This document shows, piece after piece, positions 33,201-34,779 of a stretch of 34,779 bases of DNA (position 1 is the first letter of the stretch; each line of letters opens with the position of its first letter). Position numbers and translations under genes: made by a program. Origin of the DNA: a virus (taxonomy: Duplodnaviria; Heunggongvirae; Uroviricota; Caudoviricetes); the IMG/VR virus record IMGVR_UViG_2718218308_000002; one strand, written 5' to 3'. The notes under the pieces were generated by a model. That model ran no database searches. It saw nothing but the letters and a program-made list of their open reading frames with translations, and was not told the DNA's origin.

Positions 33201-34258
33201 GGCTTTGTTGAATAAATCAGATTTCGGGTAAGTCTCCCCCGTAGCGGGTTGTGTTTTCAGGCAATACGCACGCTTTCAGGTATACCTGCTTTCGTCATTT
33301 TGTTCAGCGCTCGTACCAGGGCCATAGCCTCCGCAACCTGACCATCGTAGTCACGCAGCGTCAGTGAACCCCCCGAACAGCTGTTTTACCCGGTACATCG
33401 CCGTTTCCGCTATCGAGCGACGGTTGTAATCTGTTGTCCATTTCCACCGCGCATTACTCCCGGTCATTCGCTGATTAGCCACTGCACGGTTACGGTCTGC
33501 ATATTCACCGGGCCAGTAACCCGCACCTTTTCGGGGAGGGATAAGCGCGCTGATTTTCTTACGCCGCAGTTCATCGTGACAGAGCCGGGTGTCGTAAGCG
33601 CCGTCTGCCGATGCTGCCCTGATTTTTCTGTGAGTCTGCCGGATAAGACCCGGGAAGGCTTCTGAGTCCGTCACATTGTTCAGCGACAGGTCTGCACAGA
33701 TGATTTCATGTGTTTTGCTGTCAACTGCCAGATGCAACTTTCGCCATATACGACGGCGTTCTTTGCCGTGTTTTTTGACTTTCCATTCGCCTTCACCAAA
33801 GACCTTCAGCCCGGTGGAATCAATCACCAGATGCGCGATTTCACCCCGGGTGAACGTTTTGAAACTGACATTAACCGACTTTGCGCGCTTGCTGACACTG
33901 GTGTAATCCGGGCAGCGCAACGGAACATTCATCAGTGTAAAAATGGAATCAATAAAACCCTGTGCAGCCCGCAGGGTCAACCTGAACACGCGTTTAATGA
34001 CCAGAACGGTGGTGATGGCGAGATCAGAATAGCGCTGAGGTCTTCCCCGTGATGAAGGCGTTGCCGACTCATACCAGGCCTGAATAGCTTCCTCATCCAG
34101 CCAGAAAGTTATGGAGCCACGGTTGATGAGGGCTTTATTGTAGGTGGGCCAGTTGGTGATTTTGAACTTTTGCTTTGCCACGGAACGGTCTGCGTTGTCG
34201 GGAAGATACGTGATCTGATCCTTCAACTCAGCAAAAGTTCGATTTATTCAACAAAGCC
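33201..34258 (-). mobile_element. IS903-like copy 3 (inverted), 1058 bp, no target-site duplication
   Basis: Same terminal inverted repeats; flanks TTGATTTGA and CGTGGGAGG differ; joins the nin region to the 3' part of the integrase. Confidence 0.85.
33351..34226 (-). CDS. tnp: IS903-like transposase (copy 3), 291 aa, same frameshifted C-terminus
   Basis: Protein identical to copies 1 and 2. Confidence 0.85.
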   Translation of the reverse strand: MKDQITYLPDNADRSVAKQKFKITNWPTYNKALINRGSITFWLDEEAIQAWYESATPSSRGRPQRYSDLAITTVLVIKRVFRLTLRAAQGFIDSIFTLMNVPLRCPDYTSVSKRAKSVNVSFKTFTRGEIAHLVIDSTGLKVFGEGEWKVKKHGKERRRIWRKLHLAVDSKTHEIICADLSLNNVTDSEAFPGLIRQTHRKIRAASADGAYDTRLCHDELRRKKISALIPPRKGAGYWPGEYADRNRAVANQRMTGSNARWKWTTDYNRRSIAETAMYRVKQLFGGFTDAA

Positions 34259-34779
34259 CGTGGGAGGATGTGGATCTCGAAAAGGGAATAGTGAATGTCA
34301 GAAGAAACCTGACGATACTTGATATGTTCGGTCCCCCAAAAACAAATGCCGGGATCCGAACAGTAACACTACTGCAGCCTGCTCTTGAAGCACTGAAGGA
34401 GCAATACAAACTGACCGGGCATCATCGCAAAAGCGAAATCACCTTTTATCATCGGGAGTACGGCAGAACCGAAAAGCAAAAACTGCATTTTGTTTTCATG
34501 CCCAGGGTGTGTAACGGAAAACAAAAACCTTATTACTCGGTAAGCAGTTTGGGGGCAAGGTGGAATGCAGCAGTAAAACGTGCTGGTATTCGCCGCCGTA
34601 ATCCGTACCATACGCGGCATACTTTTGCCTGCTGGCTGTTGACGGCAGGAGCGAACCCGGCATTTATAGCCAGCCAAATGGGGCATGAAACTGCGCAGAT
34701 GGTGTATGAAATTTACGGTATGTGGATTGATGACATGAACGACGAACAGATAGCCATGTTGAATGCGCGGTTATCGTAG
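34259..34779 (+). pseudogene. int: Tyrosine integrase, C-terminal catalytic fragment (about 170 aa), cut at the 5' end by IS903-like copy 3
   Basis: Catalytic-domain motifs HTRHTFACWLLTAGANPAFIASQMGHETAQMVYEIYG; frame is open from the IS boundary; stop at the window end. Confidence 0.8.

Noticed and set aside
14539-34258. Inversion between the inverted IS903 copies 1 and 3 as the reason they lack target duplications
   Set aside because: The flanking 9-mers are not reverse complements of each other, and the current gene order (Q, lysis, packaging, head, tail on one strand) is already the coherent lambdoid order; adjacent deletions explain it better.

Overview
This window is the late (morphogenesis/lysis) half of a lambdoid prophage, read in reverse: almost every gene is on the minus strand. 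It resembles the Rac prophage of E. coli (trkG cargo, Ala/Ser-rich side tail fiber with a His-rich tip, Tfa), but that identification is from memory, not a database search. Gene order from high to low coordinate: truncated integrase | IS903-like copy 3 | nin-like genes (DUF1367-like, YbcO-like) and putative Q | AT-rich intergenic region | two tandem TolA-C-terminal-domain-like lipoprotein morons | phage-21-type pinholin and SAR endolysin (endolysin split by IS903-like copy 2) | Rz/Rz1 | trkG | ParB-like protein plus a 317-aa GT-A-like protein | small HTH protein, TerS, TerL | portal (split by IS1) | MuF-like, scaffold, major capsid | IS903-like copy 1 at a deletion junction | G and G-T (-1 frameshift), tape measure H, M, L, K, I, J | lom | stf | tfa. 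The prophage is clearly defective: the portal and endolysin are insertionally inactivated, the major tail/head-tail genes and the whole early region are missing, and the integrase is truncated. The most interesting candidates are the TolA-domain-III-like lipoprotein pair and the ParB-like/GT-A-like pair upstream of the terminase. All homology calls rest on recalled motifs and sequences; no searches were run.
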